Source: Geosiphon pyriformis uo1
Lineage: Eukaryota > Fungi > Glomeromycota
Assembly: GCA_016748015.1 (NCBI GenBank)
Contig: JAAOMT010000514.1
Span: forward strand, 480,924-544,923
Length of the DNA: 64,000 nucleotides
Reading direction: 5' to 3'
Part shown: positions 25,901 to 39,293 of the stretch, piece by piece
How positions within the stretch are numbered: position 1 is the stretch's first letter
Layout of the letters: the number at the start of each line of letters is the position of its first letter
Made by a program: the position numbers and the translations under genes
The notes under the pieces: model-generated
What the model was told of the DNA's origin: nothing
Database searches by the model: none
The model's input: the letters and a program-made list of their open reading frames with translations, nothing else

Positions 25901-27593
25901 AAGTCTCCTTCCAAGGACCAAGCACCAACTCACAAAACAAACAAGAATTCAAAAGAACCAAAAGCAAACCCAAAACCAACTTATCACAACATTTCCAAAG
26001 CTTATTAGAAATGCCCGAGAGACCAGCAGCTTTCCCATCAAGAAGACTGGTAATCACATGATGCAATTCATCAAAATCAATCTCACCCATCACTTCAGAA
26101 AAAGCATTATCAAAAATGTAGTCCAAAGGTTGGTATTGATGAGACCAAGTATCAGAAATATCATCAACCACCATATGCTTCCTGGTCTATCCTTCCATGA
26201 TAGTATCTACCTTGGACTTAACCAAATCAGATTCAAGAACTAACTCATTACCCACAACCAGATGGTCCAAAACCACTTTGCGAAAGAGACATTCCAACAC
26301 ACTTCTAATTGTACAACCCTTATCCAGCTCAAAACTCTCCATCCTATTGGTAATAGCCTGCCTAATACGAGATTCTTCAGCATGCTTGGACTCCAGCAAT
26401 TTAGAAGAGTGGTATAATCTCCTCGCTTTGGCCAGAGCAAAACAAATGTCATCAAATTTAGCACCAGAAATGAACATAGATCTTACTGTTGAAGCACCAG
26501 CAGAGTTAAAGTTGTCCCATGTACCCAAAAGTGAAGCAAAACTGATGCTAGAACTCAAATGAAAAGTCTTTACCAGCTTGGAAACCAACAGTTCCAGCTT
26601 ATGAAACCTAAATGATACTTTATTGCAAACTGTATCAAAACCTTTGAACCATCTTTTCTTGAAAGTACCACTAGCTAAAAAAATCATGATCTTGTGAATG
26701 ATGTTTCACATAGTGCCAAGATCAGAAAACTTCACAGCATCACCAAACGCACCTGAAAACATAGTAGTATTAGCAGCCGTAGCATCTTTAAACTTAAGCC
26801 ATTTAGCCTCACTGGTATTTTTAACATCAAATTTCCAATGATCTTTATTTGCCTGCTTGCGAAGAGAAAACAAATATGTATCTAATAAACCGCCCAGGCC
26901 TATAGATACAGACACAGCCTGGTGGTCTGTATCAAAATATTCATCAATGTTTGAAACACCACGATGTACCAAAGAATTGACCAGATTCGGTGAAACAAAC
27001 ATATAATCAATAGTTTTCATGACACTCTTAGAATTCGCCCAAATGGACATCTTAATTGCCAGACTTCCAATCAAAGAGTTAACCAACCCCAACTCAAAGC
27101 ACTTTTTGAAACTCACACACTTTTGAGAACCATTTTCATTAAAATCATTACCAAAGACAACAAAAGAAGATTCATTAATGGCTTTAGCAATAAAAGAGTT
27201 GATTTTACCAGTCTGAGAAAACTGAACCACCAATGAAGCACCAGCATAAAGCCCCAAAATAGACACTGAAAGTTTATTTTTGAAAAGCAACTTGATAGAT
27301 AGGAGCCAACCAGACACCTCAGAGACCTTGCAGATGTGTTTTGCTAAAGAAGAATTCACGACAATCAACACACTAGCACCCAAAGAACCAGAATCCAGAC
27401 CAGAAGTAAAAACCCAAACACCATTAAATTTGTCGGTTAACCACAGGTGAACTTTCTATTTAAGCTTTGTCTCTGTAAAAATAGAAACCAAATTGTTCAT
27501 ATTTTTGTGCCAATGAATGACATCATCTTGCTTCACAGGATTGTTTAATCCACGAACATTACACATGGCAATTTTCTATACCAGACTACTCAT
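22914..27593 (-). pseudogene. LINE A ORF2 (AP endonuclease, reverse transcriptase, RNase H, Cys/His finger)
   Basis: APE: KIAMCNVRGLN, GNDFN, TIDYMF, DTDHQAV. RT: KAAGLSGI, PIALIKT, LQDMWKVYD, GLDQG, AGVFVDDSIW. RNase H: VYTNSSL, WHKVKGHS. Many TGG/CAA/CGA-derived stops. Confidence 0.9.
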
Positions 27594-29400
27594 TGAGAAA
27601 TAGGTAGAGAAGAAGCACCATCTGCCAAAGCCAAACCATCCAAGCACACTAATAGGCTCATGACCAAAGCAGAAAGACCTTCCAACATGTTTTCCAATTT
27701 CACAACCTCAGGTGAGGCAGTTGAATCCAAAACAACAGCAGTCTTGTCACTAGTAGCATCATCCGAACCCACTCCCATCACTATATCCTCCCCTTGATTC
27801 TGTGATGGGGGGGTCACTGGCAGCTGACATCCAGAGCTAGACTGAGTAACTGCCAGCACAAATGATTTCAACCTCTTAGCCAAATTACCAATTTGTTCCG
27901 TGAGGCTGACAAGACTGCTTTCAATGCTAACTAAATGTTTTTCCAAATCATTCACTATTGGAGGGAGAGGTTTACTATTTCCAATGGAACCAAGCTGAGA
28001 GTCATATCCAAAAGAAGTGTCTGAAGGAATAGAGCCAACCACTGATGCCCAAGTCTTCCCACCAAAAGCCAAAGAATGAAAAACAGGAGCAGACTTCTTT
28101 TCATAAATCTTCGCCAATCTAAACCAATCCTGAGCCAAGAGAAGAGCCTTCTTGCCCTTTGGACTCAAAAACACACCAGCTGATTTACAATTTCTAGATG
28201 TATGACTAAGAAAGTTGCAAGAAGAACACAAGGCAGCAAACAAGCATGACCAATGGAGACTGACATCTTTTATTACTGGAGTGTTGGCCAGAGCCTGATT
28301 TAGATTGCTCTCAGACTTAAAATATACTGTGGCGCAGTGTGCCTGAGTGTAGTTAACTGAATTGTGCTCGATAACACATGTCTTCTCACCCACTGAACCA
28401 ATAAAATTCCAAAGATCATGTGCATTGGTTCCTACAGGAAAAGTGTAAAGCAATGTCTTAAACTCATTTCTGAAATTCCAAGTCTGTTTATCAACATCAG
28501 CTCTGGCCATCTGGACTGCATCTTTCCTGATAAAAATAGACCACTTGGATGCCAATAAATCAGTCTAATCAGAATCTTCCAAAGTGACAATTGCTTTTTG
28601 CCACAGCTCTACCAACTGTATTTTGATCGACACAACAACCCCAAATTTGGAAACAGCTGCGCACACTGTCTCAATTGATGTACCAACAAAAATCTCCTTA
28701 ATTACAATATCCTGATTTGTACGATTGTTTACCAAATGCTTAAGATTGGTGTTTACCACAACACCATAATCATAAGCCAATTTTTCCGCAACCATCATTG
28801 CCATTTCAGAAGTAAAAGTCACACAAATTATCCCACCAAATTTTGAGGAAGTAGAAGTCCCCCCAAAACCATTCACACCTGCAAAAATTTTCTTGATAAA
28901 ATTCAATTTTTCCTGAGAGGATTTCACCAAATCAATATCCAAAACAAAGAATTTGTGAACAAAAACATGAACGGAAGGTTTAAGCAAAAGAGAAGGTGGA
29001 AGGAGGGCAGACTCATCCAGAAAATCACCATTATCAAAGCCATTTCCAAAGTCAATTTTGCCCAGTGGTTTGCCTAATACTTTCTTGGTCTTGATTTTGA
29101 TATCTGAGCTCTTCGGTATTTGATTGGGGTCTCTACCATCAAAGACATTTCTTTCTCTATAATTGATACTGGTCTTCTCAATAAGGCACTCTTCTTTCAT
29201 GTCAACACTTTCAGACTCAGTAGTGTCACCAGTTTCAGAATGTTGTGAATAATTTCCAGTTGTTTCAACAACACCCCCTTCTATCAAAACACTCTCAGCC
29301 AAAACACCACCCTTTCTTTTTTTTCTTGACAGGACAGATCAAAAATCACCACCAGCACCAGAATTTTTTGCAACCTCTTTTATGACAGTAATAGTAGGGC
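27590..29400 (-). pseudogene. LINE A ORF1 (RRM-like, zinc knuckle, coiled coil)
   Basis: RRM-like IVIKEIFVG...VSKFGVVVSIKIQL, knuckle CSSCNFLSHTSRNC, coiled coil LEKHLVSIESSLVSLTEQIGNLAKRL. Start position approximate. Confidence 0.82.
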
Positions 29401-30234
29401 CAATGGTGACCTCGAAATTAAAAAACAGTTTGGATTTGTCATACTGAATGGCTAAAAACTTCTTTCAATAAAACTTTTGACTTTTTTTTGGAATTTGGGA
29501 TGAAGAAGAGAAAGAAGTTTTTTTTTCTTAATAATAAATAATTTTTTTTATTAATTTTAAAATTTCTTATTAAAAACAATATTTTAATCTAATTAATATT
29601 TAAAAATTAGATATTAATATTTAAAAAAATATTTTATATGTTTTTTTTTGAGTTTTTTAAATCTGTTTTATCTTTTATAAATAATTATTTATGCTTTTAC
29701 TAAGAAATTTAAAATTGTTTTAGGTTTTTTTAATATTTTTTTGTAGTTAAGATTTTATAAAGCATTTAATTAAAATATTTTATTGATTTATTTGTCTAAA
29801 AATAAAAATTTTCAAAGTATATTACAAACTTTTTTTTTACTAATAAATTAAAAAAGCTTTTTATTTAAAAATAAATTTTTAAGACATATTTAATATATAA
29901 TTTTTTATATATAAAATTAACAATTAAAATAGTTATTAAGTTTAATATTACTTGAGTTTTTACTTATTTTGTTAAGTAATTTGTTATAATTATAATATAT
30001 TTGTTTTTATTAAAAATTATTATAAAAAATTTAATAATATTAATTTCAAAAATTAATTAACAAATATTGAATAAATATTTTTTTTTAATTAAATTTATCT
30101 TTTTATTAATAAATATTACAAATTTAAATATATTTGATTTTGTTTTTTTTTAAAGCCAATTAATAATATCTTGTTAATATTTTAAATTATTTTTGTTTTT
30201 TAAAATGTTTTATTAAAAAATTAGTATGTATATT

Positions 30235-32515
30235 TTTATTTTTTTTATTAAGCTTTAATAAATATAACTTAATTACTATCTAAAAATTAAGAACAAACTA
30301 AGTATTTTAGTACTAAATATAGTTTACATACTTTTTATATGTAATCAACTACTTAAGTTAATTTAAGTTATATTATATTAATATTCTAAAAAAAAACATA
30401 TTTAAAGAAAAAATTCTTTAAACAATTTTAAATAATATAGCATTATTACTAATTAATTTAACCAATTATTCAGCTGTTTTTAAAACATCAGTTTTAATAC
30501 CAATAGGTTTATGTTTTCATAATAACATTAAGTTAGAAAACATATTATTATTAATTACAAACAAATTTATATGAGAACCAAACATATTAATATTTTTATA
30601 ACTACACTTAGTTTTTAAAGCAATTATCTTTATTTTAATTACTGATTGCTTTGTTAAAAATATTTATATGTATTAAAATTTTATTGATCTTAAGACTAAG
30701 TATATTACTTGAAACTAAATTCTCATTAACAAATTGCTTAAACACAGCAATTAAAAAACCAACTGGCTTAAAAATAGATTTAACCAATACAAAAAGCTTG
30801 GCCAAATCAGATTTCAGAAAAGCTAATCAAGAAAAAACCATAAAGTTACTAGTCATTATATCAGTAGAAAAAGCTAAACCAATCAGAAAACCAGAAACTA
30901 AAAGAGACACAAAAACAATAACATTAACATAAAGTTTAATACCAATAAAATAAGACACAAAAGTCTTGGAAGTCTTAGAAAAAAAAGTAAAAACATTTTA
31001 CAGTTTATAATTAAATAGCTTATTTTTTAACATCTAAAACAGCATTAAAAATTAATAGTTTTTTATCAAATATGATACTTCTTTAATGTATTAGTTTTAA
31101 CAACTATAGTATTTAAATCAATCTGAGATTTAAATATAATTAATACAAATCAGAAATAACAATTAAAATTAGAAAAGCAAAAAATAAAACAAATTTAGTT
31201 ATCAATCTGAAAAATTATATTACTATTTCAAACATTATACAACCAGAAAAAAAATTAACTAACTTGGCTTTAAACTTATTATAAAACAAAATTATTTTCT
31301 TTTGATTTACAAAAAAAAAATCCGAATACTATTTTTGTTTATCAAAACTAATCAATAATTAAGAGCAGATATTACAATACTCAATTTTTTAAAATAAATA
31401 ACCACATATTGTCAAACACCAACAGACTTTAACACAATATGAACAACTTTATCAAAAACACCAAAAGCTATTTTAATATTGAAAGCAAATACACTTAATA
31501 ATATATTATACAATATAATAGCAATAAAAAAAACTAGACTTAAAAACCACCAAAAATTTGGTAATTTTAAGAGTAGTTAAATATAAAAGCTTATAAACTC
31601 AATTAAAAATACAGTATTTAAAAAACCTTAAAAAACAAACTTTATACAAAAAAGCTTTATATTGTTTTTAGAAACAGATTTTGCACTTAAAAAACCATAT
31701 ACAGATTGAAAAACAGTTTTAATATAAGCCAATTTAATTTTGAAAATAGTATTAAATATTAGAATAAAAGCCACTTACTTAACAAATCTTTAATAACTAA
31801 TAATAATTTCCTAAGTACTATTAATAATAATACCAGAAATCAGCAAAAAAAATAATTCAATTTCTATTTGATTAATTCAATTCTTAAAAACAGATAACTT
31901 AATAGAAAATAATTGTTTTACTTCTAAAACTAATAATAATTTGCCAAAAACACCATATTTGACAATATAGCCAGTAGTTAATCTTGGTTTATTTTAGATA
32001 ATATGTCAAATAATACAAAAGAAATTTTATTTAAGATCTTATTTAAAACTATAAAAAGTGTAATATAACAATAGTAAAAGCAAGTAACTGCTTTTACTTT
32101 TTGGAATCCTTGGTCTTTTTAACCATTTTCAAAAAAGTAGTGCTAGTAATATTAAATATAGCAGCAATAATTGAAAAAACCAACTTATTAATCAGCCTAT
32201 TATTAAAAACTTTTAGGTTTTTAATAAAAGTAGAAGCAATATTAAAACTAATTCAAATATGTTTTTTGGAAAAATTTTAAAAAATAAAAAACTAGCCAAA
32301 AATAAAAAAATGCTTTAGAAGTTAACAAAAACAGTTTTTTTACTATTATTACTTAAAAAAAAAACTTCTAAGACATTTTGTCTAATTGTTTTTACAACAG
32401 AAAAAACTTTTTTAATTGAAACTTTATTAAATATTTTAGAAAAAATATCAGGTGCAGTTTTTTTACTCTTTGTTTTAGTTATAGTTATAAAATTAAAAAG
32501 ACAAAGCATTTTTTT
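30235..32515 (-). mobile_element. Heavily decayed ORF1-only non-LTR element (HAL1-like) ending in the LINE 3' UTR
   Basis: Minus-strand reading gives an RRM-like segment (IKIAFGVFDKVVHIVLKSVGV*QYVVIYF, ~31390-31480), a knuckle relic CFRC*KISYLIINC (~31000-31045) and a coiled-coil tail (LKSDLAKLFVLVKSI). An AT-drifted copy of the LINE 3' UTR (~30255-30375) and a T-rich tail follow directly. No APE/RT between them. Confidence 0.62.
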
Positions 32516-32681
32516 TTGTATATTTTATATAATAACTTTATTTTTTTATTTTTTATTTTTATTTCATTTAATGAGTAAAGTCCAAACACTACCTAGTACA
32601 ATACATCATTAAATGATCTAACTAGGCATGAATCATGCCTTTTCTACACGTGACCAGCCACTTAGACCAGTCAGAACAACA

Positions 32682-35600
32682 CTACGCACTTATATAAACA
32701 AAAACCTCTTCACAAGCACCAGAAAAAAATAAATAAGACCTACGAAACCCGAAACAAATGCTAATTGTATTAGCAACCCCCAACAATCTAACAACACCTG
32801 CTAAAAGGCCCATAGAAAAACCAGAAACAGAGGCAGGAATAGAGCCATCATGAAGAATTAGCCTACTCTTTTCCATCACTGCCTGGTGTCTTGCATGAAC
32901 CAACCAGATTTCATCCCAGAACACAGCACAAAACTCACGCACAAAAGACACCATATTACAAGCTGCCACCCTGGGATCCTTAAAAACAGAGACAGATTCA
33001 TGATACCAATTATTGAAAACAAATCCTTTACATAGGGCCACCCTAACCACACAATTCGAAGCACAAGTGGACAGTAACTGGGAAACGCACGAAAAAGAAC
33101 AAAATAAACCAGAGTGTGTCTCCCAAACAGCCGCATAAGTGTTCATCAAATGCTTACGGCCAATGGCATCAAAAGAGCAGGAAAAAACATGATCAGAGAT
33201 CTTAACCTCACCACAGAATAAGCACACTACACTGGGGTAAAGCCTATCATATAGATGCTTACGCATGGTGACAGGAAGTCAATGATGCAGAGTCTTCATG
33301 AAATAAGTCCGAAAGCCAGCAGTACGCAAACTAGTGAAGCCAGCAGCCATGTGGAAATCCAGGTGCCACACCAAAACAGACCTGGCCCAATCAATATCAT
33401 CTCGCAAACTATCCACCAAAATTCAGGAACTGGATCCAACCTTCCAATACACCCAATGAACTGACTGGAAAATATCACAAACAAAATGTCTTGAATTACC
33501 AGAAATGGCAGAGTCACCAGCTCTTAAAAACCATTCATCAACTCTGTGCAGCAGCCACCAGGAAGATGAGGCAGTGACCCCTGCAAGTGAGTTAGCACAT
33601 TTGTTGCCAGGGACATCTGAATGACCTTTTACTTTGACCCAATTCACATCCAAATTCTTATAACGAATGACATTAGCAATATGACAACACTCAATCCAAC
33701 AACGATTCCTGAAGTCTGGCCGAGCTAGTAGGGATTTGGATTTGTATGCATCCAAAGCAGCCTGGCTGTCCAAGAACAAATCCACTGAACAAAAAGTGGG
33801 AACACACTTGAGAGCCAGAACAATGGCCTGCAACTCCATAAGTGTAGAGAAAACCAAACCAGACACCTTTACACCCAACCCCAAATCAATGTCCTCAAAA
33901 AAAACAGCAGCACCAGCCTTTATACCAACAGTACTCAAACCACTTAGAGACCCATCCATATATACAGAGAGGCAAACAGCAGTGTTAATGTCTAACAAAT
34001 TGTCACAAACAATGCCAAAATTGCGAGAGAGTCGAATATCAGGAGAAGCGTGATCACTCATAGGAGGAGAGCACACAGAAGAAGGAACAATGCTACCAAG
34101 AAACCAAACAGGAACCAGACCATAAGGATCCAGCCTTTTCCAATGTTTGAAGGTCTTCCAACTGAAAGCAACACCATGTCTGTCATGAAGCTGTTCCATG
34201 AAAGCAATATCATAGCACTTAAGCAAAGGGACACATTTGAGAAATCTTGGCTTATCTAAAACAATAGACATAGGAGTGCCACTTCGGAGACGAAAAGCAC
34301 TGGCCAGAAAAGTGCCCAAAGACAAGTCACACCCAGAAAAAATACAAACCACACCTGACAGAAAGTTGTTTGAAAGGCTGACATCAACGTAAGCTGGAAA
34401 CAGCAAAGGGTAACAGGGACGCCAACTGAGAGCCTGAAGATCATAAGACCTGTAAGAAAACAAATGACTCAAAATACCAACTGAATTCACAAAAGCCAAA
34501 ACAGCAGCTGATTTACTCTCAGCTTGGATCTGTTTAAAAGTTTTAAAATTGTACAAAGAAGGATGATAAATTGCATCATTGGAGAAATCGAGTGACAGCC
34601 CAGACTTAGACTTCAAGCACCTGCAAACCATAGAGTCCCACTTATTACACACACTAATAGGAACGAAGCTGAACTGAGTTCTGTAGCTGATGATAGGCAG
34701 AAAAACTACAGAAGCCAAATACGCGAATTGTTTGTCTGGGATCGCCTTCCTCAGAACAAGATTAACAAAGAACTGAATGTCTGAGTGAGCTTTAGCCAGA
34801 CTAGACGTCGAAAGACCTTTAGAAGACAAAAAAATACCCAGATACCAATAAGGTTCACCCTTCTTGGTGATAGAGATAGACAAGCCACTGATAGTCAAAG
34901 AAGGATTTACAATCTGGCTGTTGATAAGAATGGCTACAGTCTTGTTATTGTTAATTAAAATGTTATTAATCCTAAAAAATTCACTAGCAATATCAAAGAT
35001 GTGCTGCGTAGCAGCCCGGCTATCACCAACCCAAATAGTATCATTTACAAAAGCACTTGTAGCCAAGAATAATGTCAGCCTGGCCTGAGGCTCCACCTGG
35101 CCAGTTCTGGAAATAAAATAAGAGTTCAACCTGTAACCACACATGCTTTCTTATCATTTGACTTTACACAAGAGTGAATCTTAAAATATGTACCAAAGAA
35201 GTGACAAAAAAACCTCTCCTTGGTCCAGACCATCATGAACATGGTAACTATTAGTTAAGCCAAAATCCATCATTACCCTGTTGGTGCGACCATTGTGAAT
35301 GTCGTCAAAAAATCTAATAAACTTGTCACACATCTTAATCCCAACCAAACTTCTTCTGAGATGCACCCAGCCAACAGAATCATACACTTTTTGCATATCT
35401 TGCAAAACCAGCCACAGTTCCCAGTTCTTTTCCAATACATCTTCTATCACAGAACCAATGGCAAAAATGAGTGATTGTGTCAACATACTCTTTAATACAG
35501 AGAAATTGTCCCCACACAGAACATCAAATCTGCTGCAGGCTGAAGAAATTCTGTCTGAGAGAATCTTGAAAAGAATTTTGTGGGCCGTTTCAATCAACGC

Positions 35601-37355
35601 AATAGAATGGGTATTCATGAGAACGCTCTTCCATTCATACGGTTTAGGAATCATTGACACCCAAGCTTCCTTCCAAGATTCAGGTACAGATTCATGTTCC
35701 AAACAAAAATTCAGCAATAACAAAAGCATATCCAAAACCATTCTATCACAGTGTTTCCACAATTCATTGGAGATACCAGAAAGACCAGCTGCCTTATCAT
35801 CGGGCAAATTAGAGACAACTGTAAGCAACTCATCAAAACCAATCGAACACATTACTTCAGAAAAGGCATCATTAAAAACATAGTCCAAAGACTGAAATTG
35901 GCGCACCCAGTTATCAAAAATATCCAGCATCACTGCATGCTTCCTAGTCCAACCTTCCATGATCTCATCAACCTTAGATTTAACCAAATCCAGCTCCAGG
36001 ACCAACTTTTTACCTGCGACCAAGTGATCCAGTACCACCTTATGGAAAGGATGCTCCAGAACACTTCTAATGGTGCATCTCTTGTCCACTTCAAAACTCT
36101 CCATCCTTCTCTCAATAGCCTGCTTAATACAAGATTCCTCAGCATGTTTAGACTCCATCATCTTCAAAGAATGGTAAACCTTCCTTGTCTTAGCCAGTTT
36201 AGAGCAAATAGCATCAAAACCAGAACCCAAAAGAAATAGAAACTTCACTGACAAGGCGCCAATTGAGTCAAGCCTGTCCCATGTATCCAACAAAGAAGCA
36301 AAATTCCCACCAAAAACCAGACGAAAGACCTTAACCAGCTTAGACACAAGCAGTTCTAGTCTATGAAACTTAGAAGAAACCTTATTGAAAACACTACTAT
36401 AACTCTTGAATCATTTTTTCTTAAACGTCCCACCAGCTGAGAGAATCAATATTTTGCAAACAACATCTCACATTGCATCCTTATCCAAAAACTTCATAGC
36501 CGCAACAAATGCATCTGAAAGCATAGAAGCATTAGCAGCTGTAGCATTCTTAAACTCTAACTACTTCCCATCACTGGCATTTTTAACATCAAACTTCCAA
36601 TGATTTTTATTGGCCTGTTTGCATAATGACAGCAGCTGCACATCCAACAAACCACCCAGACCCACAGAAACAGAAACAGCCCTATGATCAGTATCAAAAA
36701 AATCCTCAACACCCACCACACCACAATCCACAATTGCATTAACTAAACTAGAGGAAACTAACATGTAATCAATTGTCTTGGCAACACCATGAGAATTGCA
36801 CCATGTTGGTGATCTCACAAAAATGCTTCCACTTAGAGAGTTGACCAGACCCAAATCAAAACATTTCCTGAAACTGGCACATTTATGAGACCCATTTTCA
36901 TTGAAATTGCCACCAAGAATAACAAAAGAAGTCTCATTCACAGCTTTAGCAATAAGAGAATTGATATCACTAGTCTGAGAAAACTGAACTACTGAAGACA
37001 CACTAGCATACAACCCCAGAATAGACACAGAAAGTTTATTCCCAAAGAGCAGCCTTATTGACAACAGCCGACCAGGTACCTCCGAAATCTTGCACACATG
37101 CTTCGCTAAAGAAGAGTCCATAATTATTGCAACACCAGATCCCATGTGACCCGAATTCAGACCAGAAGTAAAAACACAAACACCATCAAACTTATCAGCG
37201 ATCCATGGACGAACCATGCCTCTTAACTTTGTCTCAGTAACAATGGAAACCAGATTGTTCATGTCCTTATGCCAACATATAATGTCTGCCTGCTTTGCAC
37301 AATTGTTCATACCTCTGACATTACATGTGGCAATTTTCCAAATTAAGTGAGTCAT
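32682..37355 (-). pseudogene. LINE B ORF2 (APE, RT, RNase H, CxxC...HxxxC finger)
   Basis: MTHLIWKIATCNVRGMN, TETKL, GGNFN, TIDYML, DTDHRAV; LQDMQKVYD, GLDQGE, AFVNDTIW; VYMDGSL, MELQAI, LDSQAA, VKVKGHS..GNKCAN; CLFCGEVKISDHVFSC. Confidence 0.92.
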
Positions 37356-39293
37356 TAAGAAAACAGGAGAACTAACAAACCCGAACCAGAGCACAGAATA
37401 TTTAACTTATCCAAATTGAACCAACTGAGGCCTCCAAAGCAATCAACTTTGTTTCCAAACCACCCACTTTGGCAGTAAGGACTTTGGAACTACTAGAGCT
37501 GAGCTCAACAACAGCATTGTGAATGATGGGTGGAGGAATACCAGATGAGACCAAAGCAGTATTCACAATCATATCAAAATCCACATTAGAAGTCAAAGTT
37601 TCAGAAACAGCAGGAAGAGAGCTCAGAGAAGGAGTCGCCACAGGAACCAAACCAATGGATTCCAGTTGAACCAAAATGCCAGAAATGTGGTCAGTCAAAA
37701 GCTCCAAAGAGTGCTCCAAAATTGCCAACTGGTCATTCAAATGAGAAACAGTAGGAGAATCAATCGTCATTGAAGAAGTAACCAAACCAGAATGCAAACC
37801 AGCACCAACCAAACCAGAGAGAACCACACGAGAAGGAGAGCCACCAGCAACTTGGGCCCATGTTTTACCACCAAATAAGACTGGATGAGCAATAGGAGCT
37901 GACTTTTTCTTATATATCCCAGTCAAACGAATTCGATCTTGATCAAAAACCACTCTTTTTCCATGAACACCAGAATTCTCACCCAAAAAACAGTTGACCA
38001 TAACATGACTGAATTGTTTACAATGAGTACAACTGGCCAAAAAAAAACCAGCCCAATGCAAACTTACACCCTTGAAAACTGGAACAGTACCAATAGCAGC
38101 CAACTTGGACACCTCATCACCAAAACAAATTATAGCACATTTATCACAAACATATGAATTAGGATTACGGCCAATGAAACAAGTCTTCCTACCATATGAT
38201 TTCAATAAACTGAAAAAGTCATGGACAATGGTGCCAACTAGAAGAGTATAAAGCAAAGCCTGATGCTAATCCCTTAATACCCACGTTTGTTTATCACTGA
38301 CTGCCAAAGCCACATGCACCAAATTTTTTCCCATGAGGACTGACTATTTAGATACAACCAGACTAGCTACTTTAGATGACTCAAACTCAACCAGGGCTTT
38401 TTGCCAAAGACCAATTAGCTGCATTTTGATTGAAACAATTTTGCCAAATTTAAGAAATGCTGAATCCACTGTTGATTTGGGAAGATCCACTGGGATCTCC
38501 TTGACAATCACTTCCCAATCTGAATGGCTGTTTACTTTCCTTAGATCATCATTTACCAAAATCTTCTTACTAATTGCCAATTCCCTTGCCTTAATTAAAC
38601 TTTTTTCAAATGTAAATGATGATCTTATTATTCCTGGAAATTTTGAGAGAGTTGAAGCTCCCCCAAATCCATCAACTCGATAAAAGATTTTTTTAACTGC
38701 CATCAACTTATCAACATTTGTCTTTCCAGGCACTGCTGAAACCTCAATATCCAATGCAAAAAATTTTACTGGCTCAAAATTCCTTTTTTCTGGGCACGTG
38801 ACCTGATATACAGCATCTGATTGGCACCATTGACTATAGGGGGAGGAAGCTCCAGCACATCGTTGTCATCACTCATATGGTTGAACAAAGGTTGCTTTGG
38901 TGGGTTGCCCAGCACGTACGTTTAAGTACAAGTCTTCCTCAGCATATTTTTGTCCATGCCATCATCCTCACCTAATTCTGCATAGCTGGTTTCTTCGGCC
39001 ACTGTGTTCGCCATATTTTTAACATCTGAGAGACCACTAACACTACTAGCAACACTGCCAATCTCACTGCCTCAGGACACCACAGACTTGGCACCAGCAC
39101 CACCAATATCCTCCAGACTCAGCAATCTAGCAGATGAATTGACCACATTACCAGCAGCAGACTTTTTTGGCTTCTTGTAGGATGTATTTTGAGAGTAGAC
39201 TGTATCTACACGCTTCTTTTTTGCACTCTGACAGGTCCCCAAACCAGCCGAAACCAAGCCAGAACCACCAGCAGAAGAGCCTACCAGTTCCAT
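37355..39293 (-). pseudogene. LINE B ORF1 (RRM-like, zinc knuckle, coiled coil)
   Basis: VIVKEIPVDL...KFGKIVSIKMQLIGLWQKALVEF; knuckle CTHCKQFSHVMVNC; coiled coil LTAKVGGLETKLIALEASV. A 1-nt frameshift near 37415 separates it from the natural TAA at 37357-37355. Confidence 0.85.

Larger units (their letters stand above)
22780..29517 (-). mobile_element. Near full-length LINE 'A' (ORF1 + ORF2 APE-RT-RNase H), inactivated
   Basis: Poly(T) at ~22780-22790 (tail), 3' UTR 22798-22913, ORF2 and ORF1 fragments in the correct order. The 5' end is approximate. Confidence 0.92.
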
